From the NCBI GenBank assembly GCA_964016885.1, contig OZ024743.1, positions 87,482,001 through 87,546,000 of the forward strand: DNA of 64,000 bases. The letters run 5' to 3'. This DNA is from Eledone cirrhosa. Its lineage: Eukaryota. This document shows positions 1 to 12,149 of this stretch, in pieces. Made by a program: the position numbers and the translations under genes. Each line of letters opens with the position of its first letter. Positions within the stretch are counted from its first letter, which is position 1. The notes under the pieces are model-generated. The model saw only the letters and a program-made list of their open reading frames with translations. It was not told the DNA's origin and did not search any database.

Positions 1-1410
1 TTAAAGTATTGGATTACCTTAAACGATATTTTGTTATCTTATATATAACAAGATATCGTTTAAGGTACATACATCCTATGTATATACACGCACTCTCCCT
101 CACATATATGTCAGGAAGTATATATACATATGTGTATATATGAAGAGAGAGACGGATTGCCAGACAGATAGACAGATATATTTCTTTATTAGCCACAGGG
201 GCACAAAAGAAGGGGACAAATACATAGATAGGTAGATGTACAGACATTTGTATTGTATTTTACCATGTATTAGGAATATTTCTGCGTCCAAATCTGCATA
301 AATGAATATTTCTAATTGATGTTTTTTCGAACGTTCCAACATAAAACATTTAGACTATCAAGAAAATCGTCATATAAATTATGTGTGCCGTGTGGTAGGA
401 TTAATATTGGTCAAAGGAATTATTTTGGAAAAAACAAAATGTAATGACAAAGCAACATATACAACAAACTAAGTTAAAGAACTGTTTAGAGCACACATAC
501 CTGGAGATGAAGGCATTCTCTCAAATTTCTGCTTGAATTGTTTATAATACAAAAGATAAGGCCAAATATTGCATTAGAAGAAATTTCTTGTAGATTTGTT
601 CATATTTATTTTTCTTTTTGGCTTTTTTTAAAGAACAGATTTAGGAATCCCTTCTGTCGGCAATAGAATCCAGTCTCTTTCTCGCTGACTGCCTGTCTAT
701 TTGAATGTGTGTGTGTCCGTCTGATTATTGCGACAAAGAGACACCGCCCCGCCCTAAGCATAGAGCCTATCACCCTTCCCCTTCCCCTCCCTTTCTTCCG
801 TAGCCTAATAGTCCTTGCTTTTCCCTCCTTTTACTCTCATTTATGGCATTTATAGCCCTTTCCTCTACTTCCCTACACAGTCAGATTTGTCCTTCTTTAC
901 CTCTTCTGCCTCTGTTCGTTGCTTGGTTTTGTTTTTATCTTTTTATATCGCCATCAATATTTATAATGTTTTTTGTTATACAACTGTGAATAAAAACACT
1001 AGTTGCAGTGTATATTTCGACAGAGATGTTAGAACGAAACACTACGAAAATCCTTGTACGTACTTATATATATATGTATATATTGTTGAATATTCTAGGA
1101 ATTATATATGGATGGATATATTTTCTCTGTTAACCCAAATAAACGATTTGTTGCCAAATATCAAGGAACTATATTCCAGGGGACTATATTCATTGACTTT
1201 CGAAATCAGTGATGGTAAAGCAGCCAAGAATGTTTGTGAGTTGTCTGCTTGCATTTTCATTGGTTAATCAGGTCACATGACAGAGGAATTCAATATTACC
1301 AAGTATTTTTTTTATTTTGCAATAATTTTCTTCACACACACACGCATGTACACTCATACACACCCACACACGCGCGCACACACACACATGTACACGCACG
1401 CGCACATATA

Positions 1411-2060
1411 TATGAGTTGCCCAGCTTATGTTGCTATCAATAATTACTCCCAGGTCTCTGATGTTGTTGGGTGCCACGAGGGTTTCACCTGAGGGAAGGG
1501 AATATGAGAGTTTCAGTGCATTCTCAGTGTATTCCCTTTTTCAACGTGGATTAATTCAAATTAATCCTCGTTCAGCAACATTTTTTTTTCGCGTATTGGA
1601 TAACAGCAAGTAAATCTGATTGAAGGCATGTCCGGTCTCCCATTTCATTGGAGCTTGGAATCCCACTTCTGGGGCTTGGAATCATCTGCAAAGATTCTTA
1701 TGTTGCTGTGCTTGATGACGCCAGTAATGTCATTGATATATATAATGAAAACAAGTGGACCCAATACAGTGACTTTTGGAACGCCACTACTGACTTTGGC
1801 TGGGCTTGATTGCACTCCTTCGACTACAACATGTTGGGCTCTGTCTGTCAGGAAACACTTGATCCATTGCAGTAACTTTCTAGAGGCACAAAAGTTGGAT
1901 AGTTTTTTTAGTAGAATGTTGGAATCAACCCAGTCAAAGGCCTTGCTGAAATGAAGATATATGGCATCAGTGTTGGAGCCCTCTCCCAAAGTTCTTTAAA
2001 AAATCATCAAAGTAATGCAGGATCTGCGTTCGGCATTCCCTTCCATTACGGAACCCATTA
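1411..2060 (-). mobile_element. CR1-group LINE RT fragment, degraded
   Basis: Translates to GFRNGR.C.TQIL, DAIYLHFSKAFDWV, WIKCFLTDRAQ.V, SGVPK.TVLGPLVFIIYIND, FADD, RDLGVIID. Confidence 0.93.
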
Positions 2061-2112
2061 AAACATAATCAATTCATTCTAAAACTTTTCTTTAACATCC
2101 TATAAAGAACCT

Positions 2113-2308
2113 TTACCTATATATTAACAAGCTAAGCCTCTAATGAAACGGCCAGTTGACCAAACGCTGTCTGGAACTAGCTGTTAAAACAGCAAGAGCT
2201 CAGCCATCGGGCCCCGATTCTTTCTAATATAGTCATACTCTACTATCCCAAGTATCGAGTACTCTGTTGAATAATGGTCTAACTAGTTTAAAACAGAGTT
2301 CAATCCTG

Positions 2309-2310
<2 letters not shown>
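2113..2310 (+). mobile_element. Penelope-like pLTR remnant with degenerate hammerhead (2136-2212); copy at ~17794-18045
   Basis: gcct-CTaATGA-aacggccagtt...aactagctgtt-aAAA-c...aTC-gggc; same family as 8372-8950. Confidence 0.65.
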
Positions 2311-2343
<33 letters not shown>

Positions 2344-2390
2344 TAAAAATATGAGAGAGCAAGGGAAGGAAATAAAGATGTAAATATATG

Positions 2391-2442
<52 letters not shown>

Positions 2443-2443
<1 letters not shown>

Positions 2444-3706
2444 TAGCATTAAAGCCCGGCGTTGCTCGGGGTCAGTAAGTTACCAAAGTTAGGTTGCACC
2501 ACCCATTTTATGGCAGCACTTTTTTGTCTGCCAGGCACTGGGTGAATCAATTGCAGACCTGGGCTGCCGATGCAAGAGCTGCGCCAGCAGTGACAATTGT
2601 AGTTTCGCCTATGGATATTATCTCTGTGGAAAGAAGAGTTGAAATTTATTGTTTCACAGTACTTGCGCAACACGCGCGTAGACGATGCCAGCCGAACAAC
2701 AGAGCTGCGATGGAATTGTTCTGCATGGTTGTCTAATGTGTGTTTTCTAAATTTAAGACAGTAGGGAGGGGGTGTGATATGGGGGAGAGTTAGCTGCTGT
2801 TTCTAGCAGGTTTAGTGACCTCATAGAGGATATGTTTTCTAAATTTAAGACAGTAGGGAGTGGTGTGATATGGGGAGAGTTAGCTTCTGTTTCTAGCAGG
2901 TTTAGTGATCTCACAGAGGATATGTTTTCTAAATTTAAGACAGTAGGGAGTGGTGTGATATGGAGGAGAGTTAGCTGCTGTTTCTAGCAGGTTTAGTGAC
3001 CTCACAGAGGATATGTTTTCTAAAATTAAGACAGTAGGGAGTGGTGTGATATGGGGGAGAGTTAGCTGCTGTTTCTAGCAGGTTTAGTGACCTCAAAGAG
3101 GATATGTTTTCTAAATTTAAGACAGTAGGGAGTGGTGTGATATGGGGGAGAGTTAGCTGCTGTTTCTAGCAGGTTTAGTGACCTCATAGAGTATATTATT
3201 GTGTATAGTAAATAAACTGATACTTCTTTCTTCCACGTTCGTTGAGAGGTTTTAAAAAAGATTTATCGCTATTTTTTTGGTTGCTGTTGAATAATTGTTG
3301 TTTCGTATGAAATGTAATAAGTTCTCTTTTTCATTGAAGTAAATAAATGTTTGACCGTTCCACACTCAAAAACAAACGTTCTCTCTCTCTCTCCCCCCGC
3401 TCTCTCTTCGGCGTTCCTAAAGGAAGTTTGTAAGCATGTATGTAGTTTTATTGAATTTTAAGGGGAGTAGAGAGAGGTAATCAGATTCTATTAGAGGGAG
3501 TAAAGCGTCATGTATTTAGATTTATCGATTATTTCCGTAATTGTGGGAGAGTGTGAATGAAATAAATAGTTGTTGACCTAAGTTAGGCCATTTACAACAT
3601 TCTTACAGACTTTGAGTCGAATCGGTTTGAAATTGTGTAAATGTATAAACATGGAACATGCACACACACACAACAACAACAACAACAACAATCTGGCTTT
3701 TATAGA
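2443..3706 (-). mobile_element. Non-autonomous Helitron with internal tandem array
   Basis: Minus strand: 5' TC at 3706, 3' hairpin cccg-agcaacgc-cggg followed by CTAG|T at 2443; AT flanks. Confidence 0.85.
2741..3191. repeat. 5 x ~91-bp tandem repeat inside the Helitron (copy ~18457-18911)
   Basis: tgttttctaaatttaagacagtaggga... units at 2741, 2833, 2923, 3014, 3105. Confidence 0.97.
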
Positions 3707-3812
3707 TAATGATATATATATATATATAAATATATATCCAGGGAGTGTAACTTGGAGTTACTGTAGGTTCACCCGGGTGAGCACTCGATGTTTAGGTTCA
3801 CTTCAGTGTCGA

Positions 3813-4123
3813 GTATAGTGAAAAGATAACAAGGACGATTGGTTACTCCTTCATTACATTTATTGGTTGGTGACGCGCGTTTCGCCACTGATCAGCTCAA
3901 GGTTCGATCTGTATCGATCTTACTCGACTCTGTAATCTGCGGCTCGTCGGACCCCTTGTAATGCTAGTAGAAAATGACAAAGAGTCCGACGAGCCGCAGA
4001 TTAGAGAGTCGGGTAAGATCGATACAGATCGAACCTTGAGCTGATCAGTTGCGAAACGCGCGTCACTAACCAATAAATGTAATGAAGGAGTAACCAATCG
4101 TCCTTGTTATCTTTTCACTATAC
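3813..4123. mobile_element. Fold-back pair of Penelope-like pLTRs, ~143-bp arms, hammerhead in each arm
   Basis: Arms differ at ~5 sites; each reads stemI-CCGACGA-gccgc...-GAAAC-GCGC-GTC-stemI then AATAAA. Duplicate 19533-19843; right arm only at 38844-38948. Confidence 0.85.
3983..4067 (+). ncRNA. Type I hammerhead ribozyme (CCGA core, long stem II insert); mirror copy 3869-3953 on minus
   Basis: agt/act stem I (ggt/acc in the other arm), palindromic GCGC loop 3, GUC triplet. Confidence 0.7.
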
Positions 4124-4195
4124 ACATATATATATAGTAATAATAATAATAATAAATTTGAAGCAGCGATTCTTTGCTTAAACTTTAATCTGTTA

Positions 4196-4263
<68 letters not shown>

Positions 4264-4374
4264 ATGTATAATAAACAATCTCTATATATTATTCTATGTA
4301 CTATACATGCACCTTTGATGAGTTGTAGTGCACCTGAGCACTGTACACAATAATTTCATTATTATTATATTATT

Positions 4375-5479
4375 ATATATAAAACTGAGGTTGTCTGTCT
4401 ACTAAAATCTTCGGCACACATCTCCTCCTAAACCGTACGTTCAAATTTTGGTGAAATTGCTACACTCATAGATAACCGTCCGGCGGAGATATCAGTCAAA
4501 AAGATTTTCAAATCGACCCACGCCAAGTGCAAAAATCGAATTTGTAATGTATTGATTTTTCAGTTCAAATGTATAAATTGAGATGAGAGACGAGTTATTT
4601 CCCTTTTATGGCGACATTTGCTTATCTCTTTATGTTACGTATAAAAGGACGCGGTGGACCGAGAAGAACAACTTCATGCAAAGACAAGACCAAGTTTATG
4701 GTGGAAATGGAGTCCTTAGACTAATATTCTATTTAAAATAACCGAATGATTTCCAGCCCCGGAGTTTAAGAATGATGTAAATAAAATTGTAAACGAAAAT
4801 GACAGGTTATTAAAATAGTTGTTTCTACTTTTGGTACAAAGCCAGCAATTACTCAGTACATTACTGGTACTTTATTTTATCGACCCCGTAAGGATGAGAG
4901 GCAAATTTAACCTCGACGGGATTTTAACTTTGCCTTAACATAGTAAAGGTAAATAGTGAAGATTTAGGCCAGTACATACGTATGCGCCGACGAACATACA
5001 CATACATATACATACGCACACACAAATACATACATACACACACGCACACACACACGTGCATTTCTACAGTATTTTCACCAAACTTAAGACATAGGTTACT
5101 TATGTACTCCGGATCGTCATGGGCACTTTCATTTTCCCAGATATTGATTATAGGGCCTCCCGGCAGATAACCCCTTTAACCACTTTCTTGGAGTCGACTG
5201 AAGCACTGCAGTGCAATGCAAAAAAACGTCATAACTTCTGGAGTTCGCAACCGATTTTCACAAAACTTGACACATGGGCTACGTTTGTTCTACAGATGAA
5301 TGTGAACTCTCAGAATTGGCACATATTGAGTAGGGGACCCCTGGAGGCAGGAACCCCCTTTTGGAAAAAAGCCGATGATTTTGTAAAAGTATAGTTTTCG
5401 AATCAGAACTGAAGTATTGACATAAATGATATACATAACTGCTATTTAATACCCGAGCAACGCCGGGTACCTCTGCTAA
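4375..5479 (+). mobile_element. Non-autonomous Helitron with nested SINE piece; copies ~20105-21209 and ~39188-40274
   Basis: 5' tatataaaactgaggttgtctgtc; 3' hairpin cccgagcaacgccggg then CTAA (degenerate CTAG). Confidence 0.72.
4822..4930 (-). mobile_element. SINE body fragment
   Basis: Similar to 27617-27794 (tttctacttttgg..aaagccagcaatt...tatcgacc). Confidence 0.75.
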
Positions 5480-6055
5480 TACAATATAATTACCTCATTA
5501 CCAGAGGTGTCCCGAATAAGACAGATACAAGAAACGTCCGCATTCGTTCGTCAGACAAGGCAATTTAAACATAATGAGATATTTGAAAAATCTCCTCAAA
5601 AAAGGCTAAAAAGGTTTAACGGGCAAAAAATAAATAAAAGTAATAATACAAAAAATGTATAAAAAATAAAAATAAAGAAATATAGTAAGGAGATGTGTGT
5701 AAATGTGTGTATATGCACATACATATGTACATATGTACATGTGTGTGTATGTACAACTGCATGTGTATAGTGAAAAAATGTGTGCGTAAGTACATACATG
5801 AGGGCAAACATAGTGCATGTGTGACCACAAATACATATATATATATGTTGAAAATAGAAATTGTAAGATAATGAAGTTAGCGTAATACAGACTCAGGGAC
5901 TAGGGGCTGAAATATATACACATACAAGGATAAAAGGACGCACGCATATAAACATATACACACGCAATTGTATTGTTTATTATACATTAAATATTTAGCT
6001 CTGTAACTTACATAGAGCACTCTTCATTCCTCTGACTTTTTGAACGGAAACTTCA

Positions 6056-6094
<39 letters not shown>

Positions 6095-6146
6095 GTATAC
6101 ACGTATATATAAATATATATATACACTCACACATATATATGCATGC

Positions 6147-6232
<86 letters not shown>

Positions 6233-6234
6233 AC

Positions 6235-6660
6235 TAATTCGTATACAAATGAAACTTCTTTATTGATCCCTGAATACATAAAATGTAATGCCGACTCCAT
6301 TGGGAGTCGAACTTGAAATAGCGGGAGCGTAAATGAAGTAGAATTAATGCATCCAACATGCCGTTTTGCTGCTTTACCTATACCCAGTAGTATAATAATA
6401 GTTCTTCCTAACATTGGCACAGGACCATCAATTTGGGAGTTGGGTAAATTCGATTGAATCATCCCATATACATAAGCTTTAAAACTATGTTTACGCCTAT
6501 TTGTTTTCCAGTATGAAGCGAGGTAAAGCATGCGATACTTTGACAACGGTTGTCGGTAACTTTCCCCTTGCTTCTGCTGGAACTCGGTAGGTGGCGTCAG
6601 CTGCCAACTTTCAAATTCATAGCTAAAGGCTTTCAAACATTTTATTCGTAAACATATCGT
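6235..6660 (-). CDS. Unidentified protein-like ORF/exon (~135 complex codons); copies ~21990-22415 and ~40452-40870
   Basis: Stop-free high-complexity frame YEFESWQLTPPTEFQQKQGESYRQPL...GIGKAAKRHVGCINSTSF...[14 protein letters not shown] in AT-rich DNA; no family recognised; expression unknown. Confidence 0.5.
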
Positions 6661-6693
6661 TTATTATTCGATATACAAACTTTACATACATAT

Positions 6694-6784
<91 letters not shown>

Positions 6785-7319
6785 TAAACAAAGAGATGTG
6801 TGTTACACAGTGAGATGTGTGTAAAGAATTATTACAAGTGAGTTTTACCGTTACTGTATAGAGAACAATATCTACAGGTTTAGCAATTAAATAGAAAAAA
6901 AACTAAGTCAGAATCAAATCTCTGAATTAGAGTTTTAAATTACCAACCTTATAACTATAAGTTTGCTGATACGAATCTCGCTTCGTTTCACCACTGATAT
7001 GTGTAGTATAACAGGCCACAGGATCCTCAGTCAGCAAATGTGGACACTGTTCACGACACATCTAACCTCATGGATGCTGCCCAGAGTAGGGCGAAATCAC
7101 GTGTTATTTGTATCAAATAACGGCTCTCATGGATTGGGGAAAATGCTAGAGAGAGCAGCCCAACCATTCGAATTTATTAGCTCAACAATTTGGAGCTCGT
7201 TAAGTATACACTGTGTAACACACTTCTCTTTGTGTAATATATTTGCATTTGAGCTCAGAAGGAAATTCTCTATTCTTCTTTGAGCTAATACTATTATTAT
7301 TATTACAGTGAACTGCGGA

Positions 7320-7560
7320 TGGGGAGGGTCATATTTGTGTAATATTGCCAGAATTAATAACAGAACACACTCACTGTTTGGTTGGTTTTCGTTTTTCGCT
7401 TCTGTGTCTTTTATATCGGTTAATTTAATTTATTCGGTCCTCAATGTTGCCATTGACTGACCAACGGTCAAAAATACAGATACAATATAGACACAAACAC
7501 ATATATATAGTCTATCAAAGTTCTTTCGTTGCACATCCGCAACACCGTCAGTGATGCTAT
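7320..7560 (-). mobile_element. Penelope-like pLTR fragment with hammerhead (7514-7555); relatives at ~23027-23245, 32974-33262, 38590-38840, 41530-41770, 48570-48858
   Basis: Minus strand: atca-CTGACG(G/A)-t-gttgc-ggatgt-gcaac-GAAA-gaac-tt-tgat; core is canonical CTGACGA in the 38805-38836 and 41724-41765 copies. Confidence 0.72.
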
Positions 7561-8049
7561 TGTTTCCTCCCGTTACATTGTATGTCTACGCCATCTTTAT
7601 TTAGTCTGTTTCTATATTTATTTATTGATTTATATTTTTTTTTGTCTTCTTTGCGCATGCGTTTGCGTGTGTGTATAGTGTTTTGTTTGATGTGTGTTCG
7701 TGTTTGGGTGACTGTGTATTGGTTAATGTATTCTATCTTTACTAGTGTGTGTTTATATGTGTTTGTTGTTATTGTGCTTGTGTATGTATTTATTTATTTA
7801 TTTATTTATTTATACTTCTATTAGGTCAGTGTTTTTTGTTTGGGTGTGGTTGTTATTCCATTCACTTTTTCTGTTTAGCCTTGGCCTTCTAAGTTCTATT
7901 TCACTGGCCTCTCTGATTTGCCTATCTGCCGAGTCATACCTATGTTTAGATATTATTCTAATTTCTATGGTGTCTATGTTACCGCCGTGTTGTTTGGCAA
8001 GTTCGTATAGTATATGTATATAAAATAGAGGTGTGACACACGCGTTGTG

Positions 8050-8310
8050 ATATATTAGTAAAAAAGGAAAAGAAAATGCTGACAGATTTTTTCCAGTGAA
8101 AAATAGTTTAATTAGGAATAAGTATAAATTAGTAATAAGTAATGGTTAGTATTCAATGTTAGTTTTAACGGTTGCGCATTTCAAATGCTTTTCAAACATA
8201 ATTTTGAGATACTAACCATTACTTATTACTAATTTATACTTATTCCTAATTAAACTATTTTTCACTGGAAAAAATCTGTCAGCATTTTCTTTTCCTTTTT
8301 ACTAATATAT
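8050..8310. repeat. Inverted repeat, ~102-bp arms, ~56-bp spacer (also in copies B and C)
   Basis: atatattagtaaaaaagg...ggttagtat / atactaacc...ccttttttactaatatat. Confidence 0.95.
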
Positions 8311-8371
8311 ATATATATATATATATAGCGAGGGAAAAGTGGTAAGGAACCAGGTGGACCATAACGCACCA

Positions 8372-8527
8372 AAGTACTCAATACTTAGGGTAGTAGAGTG
8401 GGTAATAGGAGTAAGTAAGACCCCGACGGCTGAGCTCAAGCCGTTTCGACGGCTAATTCTGTACTGAAATTCAGTACAGAATTAGCCGTCGAAACGCCTT
8501 GAGCTCAGCCGTCGGGGTCTTACTATA

Positions 8528-8610
<83 letters not shown>

Positions 8611-8950
8611 CACATATATATAGCCAGGGCCCCGACGGCTGAACTCCGGCCGAACGTTCGGATCTAGCTGTCGAAACGGCCAGAGTTCAGCCGTCGGGGT
8701 CCTGACTCTTTTCCTATTACCCACTTTATTACCCTAAATATTGAGTACTTGTGTGTATATATATATATATATATAAAAATCAGGATGGATTCAGCTTGAA
8801 ACTGGTTAGACTATTACTCACCAGAGTACTCGATACTTGGGATAGTAGAGTATGGTTATATTATAAAGAGTCGAGACCCCGACGCCTGAGCTCTTGCCGT
8901 TTCAAAACATCCAGCTCCAGACAGCTCAGTCGTCAGGGTCCCGACTCTTT
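8372..8950. mobile_element. Cluster of three short fold-backs of one pLTR family, separated by (TA)n
   Basis: Repeated ccccgacggctgagctc..ccgtttc / GAAACggc..gagctcagccGTCggggtc (3' half of a hammerhead). Confidence 0.75.
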
Positions 8951-9289
8951 ATTGTATATATATGTGTGGTGGTGGTGGTGGTGGTGGTGGTGGGGGGGGT
9001 ATGATGATCAGCATTATCATCTCCATCACATCATTTTACGTCGGCTTTTCCATGCTAGCTTCGGTTGGACGAGTTATTTCCAGCACAGCCTCCTTCCATT
9101 CACAGCTTTACTTCGTCATCTCCTACATGAGATCAGCTCTCACCACTTCTGCCCCAAATGTTCTCAGTCTTACTCTTCTACAGCTTCCTTCCACTGGCAT
9201 CGTTTGACACTTGTTCATCCTTCAGTCCCGGAGCCAGAGTTATGATAGGAGAACCAGTGCAGAGGGGAGTAGTGGTAGCTAGATGTTTT

Positions 9290-9600
9290 CTTGTGTGTGA
9301 GAGTGAAGTGAAAGAGAGGAGGAGAGAGAGCGAGGGAGAGAGAGAGGGGGAGAAAGGGAGAGAGAGGGTCGGCGAGGAGGTGGTAGTAACAGAGACAAGC
9401 AAAAGGGAAAGAGAGAGTGAGAAAGAGAAAGAGAAAGAGAAAGAGAAAGAGAGAGAAGAATGGTAACAGAGATGAGGTGAAGGGGAAATAGAAAGGGAGA
9501 GAAAGAGAGAGGGGTAGAGAGAGAGAGAGAGAAAGAGTGAGAGAGAGAGAAAGAGTGAGGGGTAGGGAGAGAGAGAAATAGTGAGACAGAGAGAGAGGCT
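9290..9600. repeat. (GA)-rich low-complexity tract
   Basis: Degenerate GA/GAAAGA repeats. Confidence 0.9.
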
Positions 9601-9664
9601 TGGGGCGGAGAAGTAGAGGGATATGGTTGGTGGCCGGGAAAAAACTGAATGCTTCTTCTACCTC

Positions 9665-9990
9665 ATTTTCTTTTTCTTCTTCTTCTTTTTCTTCTTCTTT
9701 TTCTTCTTTTTCTTCTTTTTCTTCTTTTTCTTCTTTTCTTCTTTTTCCTCTTCCTCTTTTTTCTTCTTCCTCTTTCTTCTTCTTCTTCTTCTTCTTCTTC
9801 TTCTTCTTCTTCTCCGCTCATTTGTTCCTGAGAGGGTCGTGGGGGAAGAGTCCTCAAACACTCTTTCCAGCGGGTCCAGCCAGAAGCAACCATCTCCAAC
9901 TGATCCGACTGGACCAGCCAACCATCTTGCTCGGGGTCTACCCGTGGGTCTCCTGCCAGCTGGTTTTGCCCGTAATACTGACGAATCTAA
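9665..9990 (-). mobile_element. RTE-clade LINE 3' remnant with (GAA)n tail; copies ~25295-25625 and ~43765-44105
   Basis: Minus strand encodes RRPTGRPRARW; ends cccccacgaccc...gagcggagaagaagaag as in RTE/Expander-type tails. Confidence 0.65.
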
Positions 9991-10139
9991 TTGTGTCCCT
10001 CGTTACCCCAGGGATGGCATGGTCTAATAAATAGGAAAGTGTGTGAGTGAACATGAGAGATGAGAAGGGCAGACAAACACAATGTCAACCCTGGCTACAA
10101 CTCCCTCCCCGTTAATTACACCCACCCACCCACTCGCTG

Positions 10140-10372
10140 TTTCCAATTCCACCTGCTTACAACTCTCCCCCCCCCCCCCGCTTATTCCGACCACCCCTGC
10201 TTATTGCAACTCTCCCCGCTTATTCCACCCAACCAGCTTATTCCAACTCCCCCCGCCTATTCCAACACCCCCGCTTATTCCAGCCACCCTCAATCATCAC
10301 CCCCCCCCCCTTATTCCACCACCTCCTCTGCTTACCCCTCCTCCCCTTATTATATGAGACCCGAGAGTATAA
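10140..10372. repeat. Short degenerate repeats (cccccgcttattccaac)n, probable DNA-transposon subterminal region
   Basis: About 7 copies of a ~17-20-bp motif. Confidence 0.6.
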
Positions 10373-10374
10373 GA

Positions 10375-11975
10375 TAATAAACAGTAAGTCACCATTATGT
10401 AAGGATTGAGTGAGAAGGGTTGAAACAACAATTAGGAGCACTTGAGTGGTTATATTAGATATAACGATGCTGCCCGAGTCAAGCACACAGTGGGATCGAC
10501 ACCGAGACCTCATGATTGCCATGTGGAACATCTGACTGATAAAATGACAAGTCAATCATATTGGTGGCCTCCCCACAGCCCTGGCAGACAGAATGGAGAA
10601 GGCGTTTTCCTTGAGGACGGCAAGGGAGACGCGCTGGAAAAGCCATTCCAGCTCGCGAGGCTCACACCTGCGGCTGGCCAGCTCAGCGCCTACGGTGGTG
10701 AGTAGGGAGGTAGCCCTAGGGTCGAGGACACCATAAGTCTCCACTGCCAAGGGTACAACCGCAAACCGGTATTTGAGGAGTTTGGCCTTCTCAGCCCGGC
10801 GTGCAGCAGAACTTGGGTTAGTTGCAGACTGCACTAGGTTGCGGCTGGAGAAAGTGTCGGTGCAAGTGGCATCGCAGACGAAAGGTTTGCCACCGCGGAA
10901 CGGGAAGATGGTCATGCCATCTGGCCTTTTGCCGTCCCCTCGGTCCAGCCCCACCGGCTTGAGCTGGGAAGGGAAGCCTGCAGCGTCCAAGCCATGCTTT
11001 ATGACCTCGTTGAGGGTAGCATGGCGTGGAAGGCGACCGGCACTGTGGCGTAAAGAAAGCGGGTGGAGGCCGAAAGAGTCCACGGTGGAACCACAGCGAC
11101 GTGGGTGTGGCTCGTAGATCCGGAGGCTAAGCCTCAAGGAAACGACGATGCGCAGGCTATTGTTATCCAGCTGCATGCCAGTGGAGAAGGAGGTCAAGGC
11201 ATGGAGCTAGGTACCACTGTGGGGTTTGGAGGCCGCATGAAAACAGGCAAGGTGGTGCTGATCGAGCTGGCGCATGAGCCTGTCTGAAGCCAGGCTGCAC
11301 TGGATGGCATCCCAAATGCTTTGGGGGGACTTGACGTCAGCAGGGGGAGAAGGAGGAGGGACGTCTACTGGGCTAAGTCCCAGCCGGTCCCACGTCTCAC
11401 AGGCGGCCTCACGTTCCCTGATCACAGAGGGTTCCAATGTGTTTTGGAGAACCCTGCTGACGAGGACGCGGCATGAGGTTACCGACGAAAGAAACGCCGG
11501 CAAAGCCAGTGAGATCCGCTGCTGTTCGGATACAAGTATCGAGGTCAGCGAGGAGAGATGCGTGGGTGTAGTACGGAGAGCTGCGAAGGGCATAGAGGAG
11601 CTTCGGCATGGCGAAGCAGTTCCTCAATAGAAAGAGAACTGGGTGGCCGTCGATCAAGCCCAGTCGGCTTGTGAGGGTCTGGAGTTGTTGGAGCCTGGAC
11701 CTGATGGTGGAGCGGATGGCCGGCGGGTGGATCGGTGACCCGAGGATGAGGACATCCTCTTTGGAGGTCACCTGTACCTGGTGGAGAATGGACCGCACGT
11801 CCGAGAAGGCTGGCATCGTGGCTGACATTCAACATCTCCGACTTGGACGAGTTGGCCGATTCCCGCTAGGGCAGGAACCACCGATTGTATTCATGGCAGC
11901 CAGTCTCTACGGGCCCGCCCAACGTAGCATCATCCAGATACCAAACGTTGAGCGGGGCCGTGATACTCCGGGCAA
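10375..11975 (-). mobile_element. 5'-truncated CRE-clade non-LTR retrotransposon (RT end + restriction-like endonuclease), copy A, premature stop
   Basis: LNVWYLDDATLGGP, ILGSPI, FLLRNCFAMPKLLYALRSSP, C..C/H..C..RH finger, DGKRPDG..D.TC.DT, AE..K..KY, PLAVETYG. Confidence 0.92.
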
Positions 11976-11984
11976 TGTGAATTG

Positions 11985-12141
11985 TTTCTACTTTTGGCAC
12001 AAAGCCAGCAATTACTCCAGTGCATTACTGGTGCTTTATGTATCGACACCGTAAATGCAAAGCTAACCACGGTGGGATTTGAACTCAGAACGTTAAGGGC
12101 CATAACTCTATGCTGCAAATCACGGTGTTTGATGCTCTACC
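11985..12141 (-). mobile_element. tRNA-derived SINE, 5' end cut by the duplication junction
   Basis: Matches 27617-27773; B-box GAGTTCAAATCC. Confidence 0.85.
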
Positions 12142-12149
12142 CTTTCTCT

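Larger units (their letters stand above)
1..12141. repeat. Segmental duplication copy A (matches 14461-27773; starts upstream of window)
   Basis: Position 1 text equals 14461 text; near-identical ORF series throughout; match ends at 12141/27773 (gatgctctacc|). Lacks ~15872-17091 of copy B. Confidence 0.97.

Noticed and set aside
3813-4123. A-to-I editing signature between fold-back arms
   Set aside because: Only ~5 differences, of mixed types; no A>G bias can be supported.
9600-10034. Poly-K/E/F/S ORFs (also ~25230 and ~43700)
   Set aside because: (GAA)n retroelement tail read in several frames.
10773-12054. Plus-strand ORFs over the CRE element (and over CR1 at 55503-58159)
   Set aside because: Antisense shadows of GC-rich retrotransposon ORFs.
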